This document shows positions 12,401 through 26,540 of a DNA stretch of 64,000 nt, in pieces; positions within the stretch are counted from its first letter, which is position 1, and each line of letters starts with the position of its first letter. The notes below the pieces were generated by a model. The model had not been told where the DNA came from. It worked only from the letters and a program-made list of their open reading frames with translations, and did not search any database. Both the position numbers and the translations under genes were made by a program. Source of the DNA: Ptychomitrium polyphyllum (taxonomy: Eukaryota); the NCBI GenBank assembly GCA_973851085.1, contig OZ316775.1, positions 17,484,001 through 17,548,000 on the forward strand. The letters are read 5' to 3'.

Positions 12401-13050
12401 TGCCTCTTCTAAGATTTGGGACTCTTAGGAAGTCCCTCTTTGCACTATACCAGTCTAGTATAATCACAATCTAAGATTGCCACAGTCTAAAACAGCCTAA
12501 AGGCAGCCCCAACTTTGAGGTTCCATATTTTCTGGTTCCCTTATCCGATTTGAACAATCCTTAGCATTCCAAAATCAACTTGTTGTGAGGCATTCAATGC
12601 TTATGACTTCTTTTTTGTGGCCTTTAATCTTTGTGGGCAAAGATGTTCTTCTCTCTCAGGGTCCTTTCCCACACTAGGCCTACTTGAGCCACTTCACTAT
12701 TGGCGCTACAAGTCTTAGACGTCACTCTGAGATCCTCTTTGTGCCCTTAGTATTGCGGGCAATTTTCAAGAAGGGATGTGCAACATACTTCAAGGATAAC
12801 GGAAATCCTTCAAATAATGATGAAGAATTTGAATTCCAAAAAGGCCTATTTTATTATAAAAGACTTTTGCAGCAACCTCTAAGACGCTTGCAGTTAAAGG
12901 TCCTTCTACCACACTATGATATTGTGCAGCAAAGTACATTAGATTTAACAAAATAATAGATTTCATTACCAAAGAATTTTGGTGGCCATAGATGTGGATA
13001 TATATATAGGATTTTATTTGATCTTGCCACGCTTGTGCAACGGCAAAGAT
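9430..13050 (+). pseudogene. Older, heavily decayed Gypsy gag-pol remnant forming the spacer of the inverted repeat
   Basis: Colinear similarity to 2560-5735: uninterrupted zinc knuckle LYSGKFDHTVCNC, protease, RT, RNase H, then truncated in the integrase zinc finger (SCHACATAKI). Confidence 0.85.
11690..12785. mobile_element. ~1.1 kb solo LTR, same family as 51105-52249
   Basis: TATTGCAACC...GTGCAACA; decayed TSD CACCT/TACTT; colinear with 51105-52249; host sequence resumes in register after it. Confidence 0.85.
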
Positions 13051-13051
13051 A

Positions 13052-13623
13052 TAATTAAAGACACAAGCAACAAGAATAAAAAAAATAACTTTTCCCAAGA
13101 ATTAGCTTTTAAAGAGCTAATGATAAACAAGTACTTGTTACAAAGACTAGAACAAGGTAGGATACAATATGATCCAGAATTTGTGTTGGCGAGACTAAAG
13201 AATACCTTATCGTGCCTCCTACTTATACTATGATGCTTGTATCTCCTTGGATACTTCTAAAAAAGCTTCCTATAAGGTTGCTAAATGATCTAAATGTCTA
13301 AGGAACCTTTCCAAGAAGTTTCCAAAGATGTTGGAACCTTCCTACAAAGCTTCCTAGGAATTGAAACCTTTCTTAGAAGTCTCCTAAGATGGTAGAATCT
13401 TCTTAGAACAATCCTTAAAATGATGAAACCTTCCTGAAAAGTATCCTGAGGTGCTGGAAACTGCCTAGGAAGTATTTTGAGATGGTAAAATTATCCTAAC
13501 AAATTAACAAAGGACGTGGAAAAGGCTATAGAAAATCTAAAAATATTCTACAAAATTCATATCCTAAACCATATAATTTTAGAAAGTTTCTACGACTATG
13601 TTGCATGATCTATGTCTGTAACA
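13052..13623 (-). mobile_element. 3' LTR of the right-arm Gypsy element
   Basis: cttcctaggaa-type repeats and the gactaaagaatacctt motif; TGTTACAG start on minus at 13623, adjacent to the PPT. Left end approximate. Confidence 0.75.
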
Positions 13624-16600
13624 TCACTTCTTCCTTTAGCAATAAGTGCCACAAAGAGTTCTAATTGTGGCTTGTTCATCACATCTTTGCAAATTCCAAA
13701 ATTTGTTGAAGAAGAGAAGCAACATATTTTGTTTGTTGTTCTTTGCTCATTCGTTCAAATGGTCCTTGCAAAAAGCGCCGATGACCACCAGCCAAGACTT
13801 TTGTTGTTGAATTCTCTCAGTTTAAGATTTGATCTTGATTTATTCCTTCAAAACATCCTCCAAATAAAATCTCCGCTCTTCCAGGAGTGACTCTTCTAAT
13901 TTATAACAAGATGACTAGAGTGCAAGCATCTAAATCAAGACTGGAATGTAAAAGGCAACTAGTCAATACTTCTGCACAAGGTTGCACTCAACATTGAAAT
14001 GTCTCTTTCATATCTAGGTTTAAATCCTCCAGTATTCAAGGTTGAGAAAGTTGAGTTGGTTCAATAGATGCTGCTGTTGAAAAAAGCATGTCTGACTGCT
14101 CTTCACGCATATCCATGATAACACAAAGATTTGACATACTAACTAGGATCTAAAGATGATCTATCTTGGAATTAATGTTGCATACAATTGGAGGTTGAAT
14201 ATTGTTCCTCTCTTATACTCGTCTATGGAAAAATATTCTTTGTGAAGCTAACGGCTACTGATAACACATCATCACTAACCTGATTTTTGAAGATATCTTT
14301 GATGAAATTTGAGTACCTTCTCAGGTGCATTTGTTATGTTCATCAAAGGTTCCCATATTTAATCATTGATACCGTATCCTTGCTAATATATAAGGTACTC
14401 CACACGTCCATTTTTTATACATGAATCTAAGATCTTTTCAACTTCATACTCCATCTCATTATGGATTTCCACCGGAAGAAGCAGAGGAACAACCTTCTGT
14501 GATATACATGATTTGTTCTAGGTTTTCAACAATAATACGTGGAACATTGGATGAATTTGCATGGTTGGTGGTAGTTTAAGGCAATAACTAACCAAACTTA
14601 TCTATTTGTTGAATTCAAACGGTTCCAACCTTTGATAGTTCAGCTTCTTCAACGGTCTTTTTGTTTGTATGTTTTGTCGTACAAGCCATACGCTATCTTC
14701 AACCTTAAACTTTAGACGGTCCTTCCAATGACGATTTGTATAAGTTTTGTAACGATCTTGAGCTTGTTGTAATTGGAAAGCAAGTTCTTGGTGGATTTTA
14801 TTAAGCTAAGTTGCAAAATCCTCTGTTGCAAGTGTGAACTTAAATTAATCCTCGCTATATAAAAGGCCAATTTAGTTCATACAATTCTATTTAGGCTATG
14901 ATTATCTAAGTTGCGTTGTAGTTCAAGGTCAAATTTAATTAGATTAGAATCAAATTCATAATTGTTCAAGTCTTCTCATACATTAGTAAACATCCAATTA
15001 GAAGTGTAGTAAAATAGCTATGTATATTACTACTTATTTACTACAGCTCTAATGATTTAATATGCTAGAAGGCTTTAGTGAGTTGGTTGGCCCTGATTTA
15101 AAAAGGTATTTTTCCTTATTTAGTGGTTCAAACCACTAGCCACCAAATTATTACTCTAATCAATCTCACAACACTTTCCGCTTAAGGCAGCAAGACCCCC
15201 TCACACCAAATCGGATGCCACGGGTGCCTCACAGATTCAAATTTTATGATCTTGGTGTATATAGAGTCTTCACAACTTGATTTACATTCTCCAATAGTTT
15301 TTGCTTTTTTTGGAGTTGTATGCGTGATGATCCGCTCCTCCAAAGTCGAGTATCTTGAGCTGCGACGGCAGCCAACCTCCTTCCACTAAAAATGCCGCCA
15401 CCGCCTTGTCTTTTATTGGAATTGGGCGACCTTTAGCTTGTTAAAATCCTTACTTCTTCTACCTCCTTTCTACAAAAATCCACTATCATGACTACTGTCG
15501 TTTTTTTGCAATCTGCCATCAAAGTTTTGGCATTCCCCACTTTCACCCTCACTTTCTTCTCCTACTTCTCCCTTCGGCCACCTTTTCTCTCTCTCAACCA
15601 CCTTTTTATGTCTTAGTATTGTGCCTTAACTTTTGAACTACAGTACTTAATTTTAGACTAAGTTGCCTTATCTCAATGACAAGGTGGACTCCTAATCAAC
15701 CTCAACCATTTCTAATTCCTTGCACTAATTTAAATAGTCATATTAATTTAATTTATGTTCCAACCTACTTACAATTGACTTCAATTAACTCATCTAAGTT
15801 TCCACTAATTAAATACTAACTTGTTACTAAATTTTTGTAGCCTATCACTAACTTGGTTCTAACTACTTGCAATATTTTTAAATTTTTTTTTTTTGTACTT
15901 TATTTGCACTTGATTATAGCAAATGTTCTTCAGTTCTTTTAATTGGAGGAAATTCCTCTTGGACCTCCTTGTTCAACTTGCTAATTTAATCATAATCCCT
16001 AGTGATTAATCATTCTAAAATACTAATTAAGTCTGACTATTAATTCACTTATTTGCCATAAATAGCAGCTTCCATGATTTTTTGATATTTTCCATAGACC
16101 TAACTAGCCTAACCACCCTTAAGCTTAGTTAGTCACTAGAATAACTCTCATTGATACTAATGTAAGTCTACTTCCTAGCAATTAATGCTTTTAGTTAATA
16201 ATTCATGAAAATTTACCAATTGAGCCGATTCTTTGGCTCATAGCAGAACTTCCAACATGCTTCATTTGAAATGGATCTGCTCAAAGATGTTGGCCATAGT
16301 TTGCAAAGAATGGACTTTGAATTGTTGAAGAATGCATCGTATTGTTGTAAGCAAATTCTGCCAAAGGTAAGAGGTCCATCCAATTGTCTTGTTGGTAGTT
16401 TATGCTGCAACAAAGGTACTGCTCCAAAATTTGATTCATATGTTTGGTTTGACCATCAGCCTGCAGATGGCATGCTGAACAAAGATTGATCTTCACGCGC
16501 AATAGCTAGAAGATAACCTTCCAAAAGTTGGAAATGAATTGCGGCCTTTAATCACATACAATATCATCTGGTAATCCATGTATGCGGTAGGCGTGATGTA

Positions 16601-19600
16601 AAACAACCTGGCAGTTTCTCCTCCCGTTACCGTCTTATTGCATGGAATGAAATGTACCATCTTGGTAAACCTATCCACTAGTACCAAAATAGAATCCTTA
16701 AAATCGGAGTTTGGAAGATCCGTGATAAAATCCAATGATAATGACAACCATGAATCCTTTGGCACTAGAAGCGGATGGAAGAGACCATGAGGTTAGTGTC
16801 TTGATATCTTGGCCCTTACGCAAGTGTTGCATGATCAAACAAAATCCTTCACGTATTTCTACATTTGCGACTACCAATATTCTCTAACAATTGATTCCAT
16901 TGTTTTGATGAATCCAATATGCCCTATTGTTGGAAAATTATGACGTACTTGAAGGATCTTCAATCGTATAGGACTTGGAAGTAGGTACAAAAATCCTTTA
17001 TAATAAAGCAGGCCTTCTTGGAATATACAGTCCTCATTGTCATTTGAAAGATTTCCGTTGTCTTTGAGGCGTTTTTTTATATTTGAAACAAAAAAATCAT
17101 TTTTCAAAGCCCTCCAAATGTCGTCAAGATGGAATGTTGTCGTAATAATCGCTGCTTTTAGTTGAAGATTTTGTGGCTTCAATAAAATAGTCCTTTATTG
17201 ATCCAAAACATCATCTTTAGGTTGAAGAGTTAAATAAGACCTTTGACATAAGACATCTAGCTCACTTTTTAGGCTACTAGGTCAATAAGCAATGATAAAG
17301 TCAAATTTGGAAGGCAACATACTCTACCTTGGTGGACGGCAATTTAGAACTCGCACACTCATGAAGTACTCCATATTCTTGTAGTTTGTATATATCAAAA
17401 TGGTATGTTGAGCTCCTTCCAATAAGTGTCGCCATTCCTCAAATGCATCCACAATTGCAAGTAACTCTTTATTATGTATATCATAGTTGATCTCTGTAGC
17501 TGAGAACTTCCTTGAATAAAAAACAATAGGATGGAATTTCCCGTCTTCATCATATTGTGACAGTACTAAACGAAGCGCAAAATTTGAGGCATTCGTTTCC
17601 AAATAAAAAGACTTTGATGGATTTGAATGAATAAAGATTAGAGCCAACGTGAATAACTTCTTAAGACCTTGAAATGCTCTCTTTGTTTCTTCATTTCAAG
17701 TAAACTTTTGCTTCATCGTGAGTTGCGTCGGTGGTGTTGCAATCTTGGAATAAGCCTTGATGAATATCCTACAAAAATTTGCAAATCCCAGGAAGCATTG
17801 CACACTTTAAATTGATTTTAACGTACTCCTTTTTCATGACAGTGCTTACTTTCTTCTCATCCATATGGATTCTTCCTTTGGAGATGATGTAGCTTAAAAA
17901 ATCATCCGAGGATTCATAGAAAAGGCACTTCTTCAATTTGGCATATAATCCTCACTGGCATAGTTTTTCTAAGACCAATCGTACATGACATTTGTGGTCT
18001 TATTCATCCTTTGAATACATCAAAATGTCATCCAAGTAGATGACTACAAAACCGTCCAAGTGTTCATGGAAGATATCATTTATCATGTGTTGGAAGACTG
18101 TAGGGGCATTAGTAAGGCCAAAAGGCATGACATTGTATTCAAATTGACCATACCCGGATTGAAAAGTTGTCTTCCATTTATTTCTTTTTTTGATGCGTAC
18201 AAGATTATAGGCTTGTTTAAGATCAATCTTAGTGAATATCTTTGCTTGACCAAGTTGCTGTAGGAGTCCTGAGATTAATGGTAATGGATAGCAATTCTTC
18301 TAAGTCACTTTGTTGAGGCCTCGATAGTCCACGTACATACGTAATGATCCATCCTTCTTCTTTGCAAATAAAATAGGTGCTCCAACATGTGATTTAGAGT
18401 GTTGGATGAAGTCCTTTCCGAGGTTTTTATCATTATATTCTCTCAAAGCAGTCAACTTGGTTTGTGATAGGTAATGGATAGGTTCAAAAGGTGATTGGGT
18501 TCCTTCTTGCAATTCAATGGAACAATCGTAAAGCCAATGCTTTGGTAATATGTCTGCATTTTTCTTCTAAAAAACGTCTTTATAATCTTAACATTGATGA
18601 GTATAGAGTCGGACAATGGTATAGAGTCGGACATTTTGGTATAGAGTCGGACAATGGCGTGGCAAAAATGGCAAAAATTGATTTACAGTTTGCCGCTCTC
18701 ATAAACACCTTACCTCCAATTAATAATGGTCTAAAATTTCTTGTATTTTTTATGTCTTTTCTTTGATACCACACTCCGTGAGTGCCAATCGATATCTAGA
18801 TTATGTAATTCAAACCAAGGAAGGTTCAAGACAATAGGATTTATTCGGCATTCAATGATATTGAAGACAATCTTAGATGCTTGGTCTCCTAAACCAACCT
18901 CCAAGGGCTGAGGTCCTTCAATAACATTACCAGATGCAAGAGAGCATCTATTGATGACTTCAACAGATGCGGGATGTTTTTTGTTCACAAACACCATGTG
19001 GCGTTTCGTTGCAAAATCCTTATCTATGAAGCATGCCGTTGTACCAGTGTCCAAAAGAGCTTCACTAACTATTTCATCATCTAACAATTTAATGTTGATA
19101 GGAAACATAAAGCAAGAGGTAGGAGTTGGAGGTAGTAAGAGACCTTGATTTGATAGTCGTTTCCTTGTGGTGTGCAGTTGTATGGTCCCTATTGTAACTG
19201 GACAGCCTCGTTTTCCAACTCCACCATTGTGCTTTGAGCCTTAAAGGCAAATCCTTTGATTTGGCAATTGTGCACATTATGTCCAAACTGTCACGGACAT
19301 AAATCATACAACATAGTCTTTGCAACATTCTATAACCTTCTAATATACTATAATAGCTTTTTAGAATACTTTTAGATGTCTCCATAGCCTTTTTATGTTT
19401 TAAGGAAGCTTCCTAGAAAAGTTCCTCCAACCTAAGAAACTTCCTAGGAAGGTTCTATCATCTTAGGTTACTTCCTAGGAAACGTTCTAAAAAGGTTCCA
19501 TTACCTTAGGAAACTTCCTAGGAAGGTTCTACCTCTTTAGGAAACTTCCTAAGAAAGTTCCGCTAGCTTAGGAAACTTCCAAGGAAGGTTCCAATTCCTT

Positions 19601-21054
19601 GGAAGCTTCCAAAGAAGGTACCAGTTCCTTGGAAGCTTCTTAGGAAGGTTCCAACATCTTAGGAAACTTCTTGGGAAGGTTCCTTAGACTTCCAGAAGAT
19701 TCTTAAGCCTTGTAGGAAGCTTCTTTAGAAGTATCCTAGGAGATACAAACGTCCTAGTAAAAATAAGAGGCGAGACAAGGTATTCCTTAGTCTTGCCAAC
19801 ACAAGTTGAAGATCATCTTGAATCCTGCCTTGTTTTAGTCTTTGTATCAAAGTTCTTGTTAATCATTAACTCTTTGGAAGCTAATTCTTGGGAAACACTT
19901 CGTTTCCGCTTCTTGTTTCTTCTGTCCCTAACACAAACTTGCCACAATACAAACGTAGGTTTCCTCTTTGACGCCTTTTTTTTTCTTCAGGAGTCAAACG
20001 TCTAAATTGGAAAGCAATAATTTGCATAGATTTTGGTCCTTGTGGTCGGCTTTCCAATACTTTTGAAGAAGTGGTTGCCATACTTTGATGTACCGGTCGC
20101 CATTCCAAGCGTTGTTCTTGGGGCCTTTTAAATAGTCTATTGTCACATGCTATTGCTTGAGTGATGAATTTGTCCCATGTTTCAACTTTTGGCAATGTGA
20201 GTAGCAAGTCTTTCACATTTTAACTCGGGCCCCATTGGAATTGTGTAACCAAGGCTTTATTGTTCCAATCAAGGTCGTAAGCTAGTTGTCAAAACTCTGC
20301 ATCATATATAGCAGCCGAGCGCTGTCTTTGTTGTAGACTTTGGATCCTAGTTTCAGCCACCCTTTTTTGGTTGGTGTGTTCTAAAGTAGATGTCAACGCT
20401 TCCATAAAAGCACTTAAGTTGTTTAATAATGGTGACTGCTTCTCTATTAATGGTGCAAACCACAATAGTACATTGTTTGATAGAAGAATGGCTACAAATC
20501 TCACTTGAGTAGTGCCATCAGGATAGCAAGATTGATGCAAGCTAAAGAAGAGCCTTACTTGTTGAACAAAGTTTTCCAACTTTGATCTTGATCTGTCAAT
20601 TTTGTCTGGCATGCTAATCTTTGGCTCTACATGGATTCAACATAAGCCTTCTCTTCTGATATTGGCCTCTTGCAATCGAACAACCTCTTGATATAGACTT
20701 TGAATATTGCTATTAGATTCTTCAGCTTGCCAAGTGTGCTGCTCTAAATTGTTGAAGGTGTTGAAGCGGGCGAGTTCTGTTCAAACTGTGTTTATTAACT
20801 CTTCAAGGTCTGCAATAGTTGCAAACTTCTTTTTTGATGTTCCAGGCATGTTATCCATTACTACAAATTGTTAGAGACAAAAAAGACTATGAATACCTTC
20901 AAAAGAGGGTAATCTGCATTCTTTAGAACATTGTTCATTTTTCAAAAGAATTAAGACTTGCTTTTTAGAAGAAGAAATCAACTAATGGTGTCACTTTAGA
21001 GGAGGGTAATATGCATCAATAAGTCACTATGGAATCCTAAAGAAGATGGATAAT
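13597..21054 (-). repeat. Right arm of the inverted duplication: mirror Gypsy relic with solo LTRs at 14833-16242 and 19289-19933 and extra ORF at 13679-14137
   Basis: Reverse complement of 1487-8944 with a constant coordinate sum of 22541; at least 7 substitutions seen. Confidence 0.97.
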
Positions 21055-21762
21055 CTTGATAGAGAGCATAGTTTCTATTGTACTGAAAACATTGTAGCAT
21101 TTTAGAGGTTGCAGATTACTCTCCTTTAAACTAATAATACTTTTTGAATTTGCTGTGGATTGTTGCGTATTTTGCAATTTTTATCTGGATCTGTTTTTAA
21201 TTTTTTGCCAGGACGTGGAGGATGCACTATATTAAAAGCATTAGAATTCAACTTAGATTCCATTATCTATGCTCTTGAATCATAGAAGATCAAGATCGTG
21301 ATTTTATCAAAATAAAATAAAGAGTTTTATTTTGCCATACATAATGGTCAAATATTAGAAACACAGCAATTGCTATTCCATGTTTACTTAGGTGGTTCCT
21401 TGTCTAGACCTTAATCAGTAGAATACAAACTAGTTTAAATTGAGAATTCAATGTTAACAACCAAAGAATCAAGAATCGGCCTTTTGAAAAAGTTTGATGG
21501 TACGCTTTCAATAATATGAAGCTTTGTAAATCCGGTGCAATTTTTTACTTTGCTTCAATCTTAACGGTATTCTATGGATGCTTTACGCTTTGGTTTAGTG
21601 AGAACATTGCTTCCAGGACAAGCATTGTCTTATTTTGCACTACTCGTTGAGAAGTATTCTTCCATATTTAGCAACTTTAATGCATTCTCAGCCACAGTTG
21701 TAGAAGCATTTAGTGACCATAACAAGCTCCATTTTGCAACTACTAAGATTTATTCTTACTAA
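21055..21762 (+). pseudogene. Gypsy 5'UTR and gag remnant (different lineage)
   Basis: LKKFDGTLS and GQALSYFALLVEKYSSIFSNFNAF resemble retrotransposon gag; the UTR resembles 56300-56375 (minus). Confidence 0.65.
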
Positions 21763-24023
21763 ATATGTTGCTTAGAAGATTTCCTGTAATGATCTTCTAA
21801 TATTAACCGCTTGTTATCCTTGATTATTACTTGTCAAGGTATTGGGTATTGAGCATTCAATCTAAAGGAATCACCAATTCAAGAGATCAATTAGTAACCA
21901 ACCTTTAACAGTACTTCTAAACATTCATTATTCTTTTGTTTCAGTACAAGTTTAAAAACCTTTGCAAAAGCTATAAAGATGTAATTACTCAAAAAGAAGT
22001 TAATATCAAATACCACGCTATTTGAAATTGATGGACAATTTCAAGAGCAACTACAAAAAAAAGCATGGCTGCCTTTTTCAAATGGCTCAACTTTTGGCAT
22101 TTTTGCTATAAGCAATGGAGAGGCCATATGATTATTGTAGGTTCCAATTCATACATACTTTATTATACTCACTTTTTTGGCCATTCTTTCTTTATTAACT
22201 TTAGTTCTAAATTTCTACAAAATCTCACTATTGACCAAAGGGCTAAGATGCTTTTTTGTAACCTTATAGAGTGTGTCTATTATAAGCAGCTTATGCAATC
22301 TGGAAACAAGATGACTTGTATCTACCAAACTCCTATCAATGACAAGATATGAGCCTTTATCCAAATCATCAATTAGCAAAGTTAGATGAAAGGTCGTTCC
22401 TTTAAAAAATATCAAAATCATGCATCTTTCAAATGAAAGGCTGCACAAACTGGAAATTCCTTCAAGAAGCAATGAAATCCATTTCCAATGGTGGCAATCT
22501 CACATCTCAATTGGTTTCTTTATAAGGCGCCAAAATTTATGATAAGACAAATTAAAAATTGAATATGGCCCTTGGTTCAAAGTCTAACTCATATAAGCCT
22601 AATACTGTAAATTATTCCATTCCATATTCAACTACAAGGTCAACAAAGCTAGAAATTGAAGAATGCCTTTAAAATCCACTATACAAAGTTGTTCACACCA
22701 TTATTGCCCATGAGATAGATTGCGATGTAACAAAGTGGCATATTACTAGACTTCCTAAAAGTTTCTACAAGGCTTGCCAAGCATTATATGTTATTATTAG
22801 AAAGCCTTGCAAGACCAACCTAAGCAAGGGCTCCTTGGTATTCTTTGTTCTACATTCTTTGATAATAAATTTGACTATCATTTAAGAAAGAAAGTACCGA
22901 TGGAATTTTGTTTTTGTCCAAATGACATCCATTGTTGCATTTAAGGGATTAAATTTGGATTTTATGTTGTTGATTTTTCTTCTATCTCCATGATTAAGCT
23001 ACTAAAATTTATTGGGAGGAAGTATTTGCTTTAGAAGATGCCAACTTCTAGTTGCAATAGCACAATGTCATATCATTGTGCTAGATGTTCAAATTCATTT
23101 CTAGCTTATCTATTTGTAAATCTAAGTTTTGCATTTTTGAAGCTTCCATAGCACATCCAATATAATAATACAACAAGAAGGTTTATCACACAAATAGCAA
23201 TCTCACTACAAACCATAGAAACAAATAGAAGAGTGCTGCCATTACGAACGATTGCTATATCATAGGTGTTATGGCCATTCCCCGCCTAAAATATGGTGCC
23301 ATCATCATCCTTGTTTCCAACTCTAGTCAAACTTACTTTTTTACACTCAGCACTTGTTCTGCTTATATTTGCCCAAATTTCAAGAAAATGGAAATGGTAG
23401 CTTTAGAAAGGTCTAGTAAGTGAATTCTATGTAAGCACCAATATTATGTATTCAAATATCATAGCCATCTATTCTTTCATGCATAACTCTACTTTTAGCT
23501 TTTTTGAAATGCTGCAAATGCTTGAATACTGTGGTATTGCACATATTGAAGAATTTGATATTGTGGTGCTCTAAAAATCTTTCTATTGCCTTCCACCTTA
23601 TATTATTTCCTTTTTGCAGTCAAATGTAAGATTTAAGTGCAGTCACAAGTATAAATTCCAATTTATAATTGTCTTTGCCAATAATTTTTTTACAATGAAA
23701 ATGTGTCCACGATTTTAGGTCTTTTTCTTTTGCCGTTATGATTTTTTCTTCTCATGACATATTTTCTCACCAATTTGGCTATATTTTCCAAATTTTTAGA
23801 AGTAAAATTTGAAAAGATTGGTCGTTTTCAACCAATTGCTATAAAAGACTTGCATCATAATATTCATTGCTCGTGTTTTAATCTTCAATGCTTACATCTC
23901 ATGGTTCACTACTCACATCATAATTACATCCATCTTGATTAACTTAAATGCTTTGATATTTAACAATAAAACTAAAATATATAAAAATAATTAAAAATAA
24001 TTTCGAAAAAAGCAGTTATTTTC

Positions 24024-24139
24024 AAGAATAACATGGCACTAATAACAACAAGATTTATCTTTGTTAGTTATATTAGAAAGAAAGAATAACATGGCACTAA
24101 TAACAACAAGATTTATCTTTGTTAGTTATATTAGAAAGA
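24024..24139. repeat. Tandem duplication, 2 x 58 bp
   Basis: aagaataacatggcac...tattagaaaga twice. Confidence 0.9.
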
Positions 24140-24239
24140 GGATATGCTCAATTGTATATGCATTAATTGTCACTTCCAATAATAATTACCTTTGATTGAT
24201 AATTATTTTATCTAACCTTGCTAAGAATCTTGCTTATAT

Positions 24240-26540
24240 TTGAAAGAATATCTTTATTGCAGCATAAACTTCTAGTAAAAAAATTCAATGGACCTCTTAC
24301 CTTTGAAAGAATTTGTTTATAACATTATGATGCATTCTTCAACAATAAAAACCCTATTATTTGCAAATTTTGGCCATAATCCTCAAGGAAATCTATTTCA
24401 AGTGAAACATGTTGGAAGTCTTGTTGCGACTCAACTTAACAAAATCCATCAAGAAGTTGTTTTCCAAAATCCATCAAGAAGTTGTTTTCCAAAATCCATC
24501 AAGAAGTTGTTTTCCAATTATAAGAAGTTCAAGGTAGATACAAAAACTAAACAAATTATTATTGGAAGGATCATCCAAAGTTTGAGGTTGGAAATAGTGT
24601 ATGAATTTTATAACAAAACACATGAACAAAAAGATTATTAAAGAAGCTAAACTATTAAAGACTTCAGTTGTTTGAAATCTCAAACAAATAAATTCAATAA
24701 GTTGTTATCTTAAATTATTACCAACCATGCAAATTCATTTATTATGTCATGTATATTTATTGGAATCCTATAATAAACCATGAATATCATGAATATCAAG
24801 GAAAGTTGTTCCTTTGCGTTGTTCAACTGAAATTGACAATGAAATGGAATATAAAGTTAAAGAGATCTTAAATTCACACATAAAAAATGGAGACGTGGAA
24901 TACCTTATACATTGGCAAGAACATGACATTAATGATCAAACATTGAAACCTTCAATGAACATAATAAATGCATTTGGCAAGATATACAAATTCCATCAAA
25001 AATATTTTCAAAAAGTTATAGAATATGTTGTATGATAAATCAATAGTTCTTAGCTTTACAAATAAGATTTTTCCACAAACAAATATAAGAAAGGAAGATT
25101 AATATTGAGCCTTTAATTGTATGCAATAATATTCCTAAGATACAAGATAAATCATTTCTAAATCATAGGTAGTATGTTGAAAATTTGTGTCATTATGGAT
25201 TTGTATAAAAAACAATTAGCTATGCCTTCTCCAATGGCAACACCTATTAAACCAATTCAAAATTTTCATCCTTCAATGTAAGAGGATCTAAAGCAAGATA
25301 TGACAAAGACAATCTAATATCATTTTAACCTTCCAAGTTTGGTTTAGATGTCCAAGCTTTAGTTATTTTATTGGAAGTTGAAAAAAGCATTAGAAAAGGA
25401 TATAAAATCTTATTTGGATGATGTTTTGAAGGACTTAATCTTAGTCAAATCTTGGACTAGGACATTTCAACAACAAAAGACTTAGTTGGTGATTATTGGC
25501 ATTTGAGTTAGTGGACTAAAAATGACAAGCAAAATACATTGCTTTATTTCTTTGAAACATTCTTGAATTTGTGGAAATATGAAGAATAAGCCATAACAAA
25601 TGCTCACTGTGGAATTTATTTCTAAAAAAAGAAATGATGTCATAAACATAGGCCATATAATATAATCTTTAAAATCTTTTAGAACCTTCTTATATATTAT
25701 GGTAGCTTTTTAGAACTCTTTCAATGCTTCCATATGTTAATCGGAGTTTGGTAATTGAGAATAATGAGCAGTATTATTAATAAATAATTAGAAAAATTCT
25801 TCAAATAAAGTATTTAATAAGAAATGATTTCTTCTTGGGAATCTCTACTTGATAATTGACCATTGATAATTAGCCCTCAATAATCAACAATTAATAGAAC
25901 TAGAACTTAGAATTCAGAACTAAAACTTAGAATATAGATGTATATTAATTTAAAAAATTGCTCTAATAACGCAATGCTTTTTTTAAAGGCAATATGTAAT
26001 TATTACTTTAATATAGTTTGTAGTTTAAAGTTTGGAGTTAATATACTCCGTATATGCTTTTTGAATCCTAATCAAGTTTTTTTTACATTGTTTTATTTTT
26101 ATTTTTGAATCACTGAGTGTGTTAGCAAAGTGTTAATTTGTGATTGATAGTCTGAGATTAATTTGAAAATTGATTTGTGTACATTATAGGTTGAAACTGT
26201 AGTATAATTTTTAATTAAGGAAGGTCTAATTGGTCACTATAATTTTTAATTAAGGAAGGTCTAATCGGTCATTGAATGAATAATTGACAAGCTAATAAAT
26301 GCTCAAAGGACTATTTTTGTTCCATTCTATTCCACCTTCTTGGAATTTTTTTTAAAAAGGTTCTATAGAATAAAAAGGTTCTTCAAAAATATCCTAAGAA
26401 ATACAAGCCAATACAAAGAAGATTATATTTGTATTATGCCCTTGTTCTAGTCTTTGTAACAACCCTTGTTAATCATTAGTTTTTTGGAAGTTCATTTTTA
26501 AAAACCACTTTGTGTCTACTTCTTATTTTTTCTGCCATTA
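24240..26540 (+). mobile_element. 3' part of a decayed Gypsy: integrase end, chromodomain, extra-ORF remnant, interrupted 3' LTR from ~25637
   Basis: MDLLPLKEFVYN; EMEYKVKEILNSH..VEYLIHWQ; 3 x 25 bp repeat at 24441-24515; 2 x 35 bp repeat at ~26203-26271. Confidence 0.8.

Noticed and set aside
21900..23950. Possible DNA-transposon remnant (KWLNFWHF..KQW motif at ~22080)
   Set aside because: Too decayed to assign a family by eye; needs an HMM search.
25735..26289. Possible solo LTR (TGTTAAT..ATTGACA) inside the 25637 LTR
   Set aside because: Flanks do not form a TSD; boundaries unsupported.
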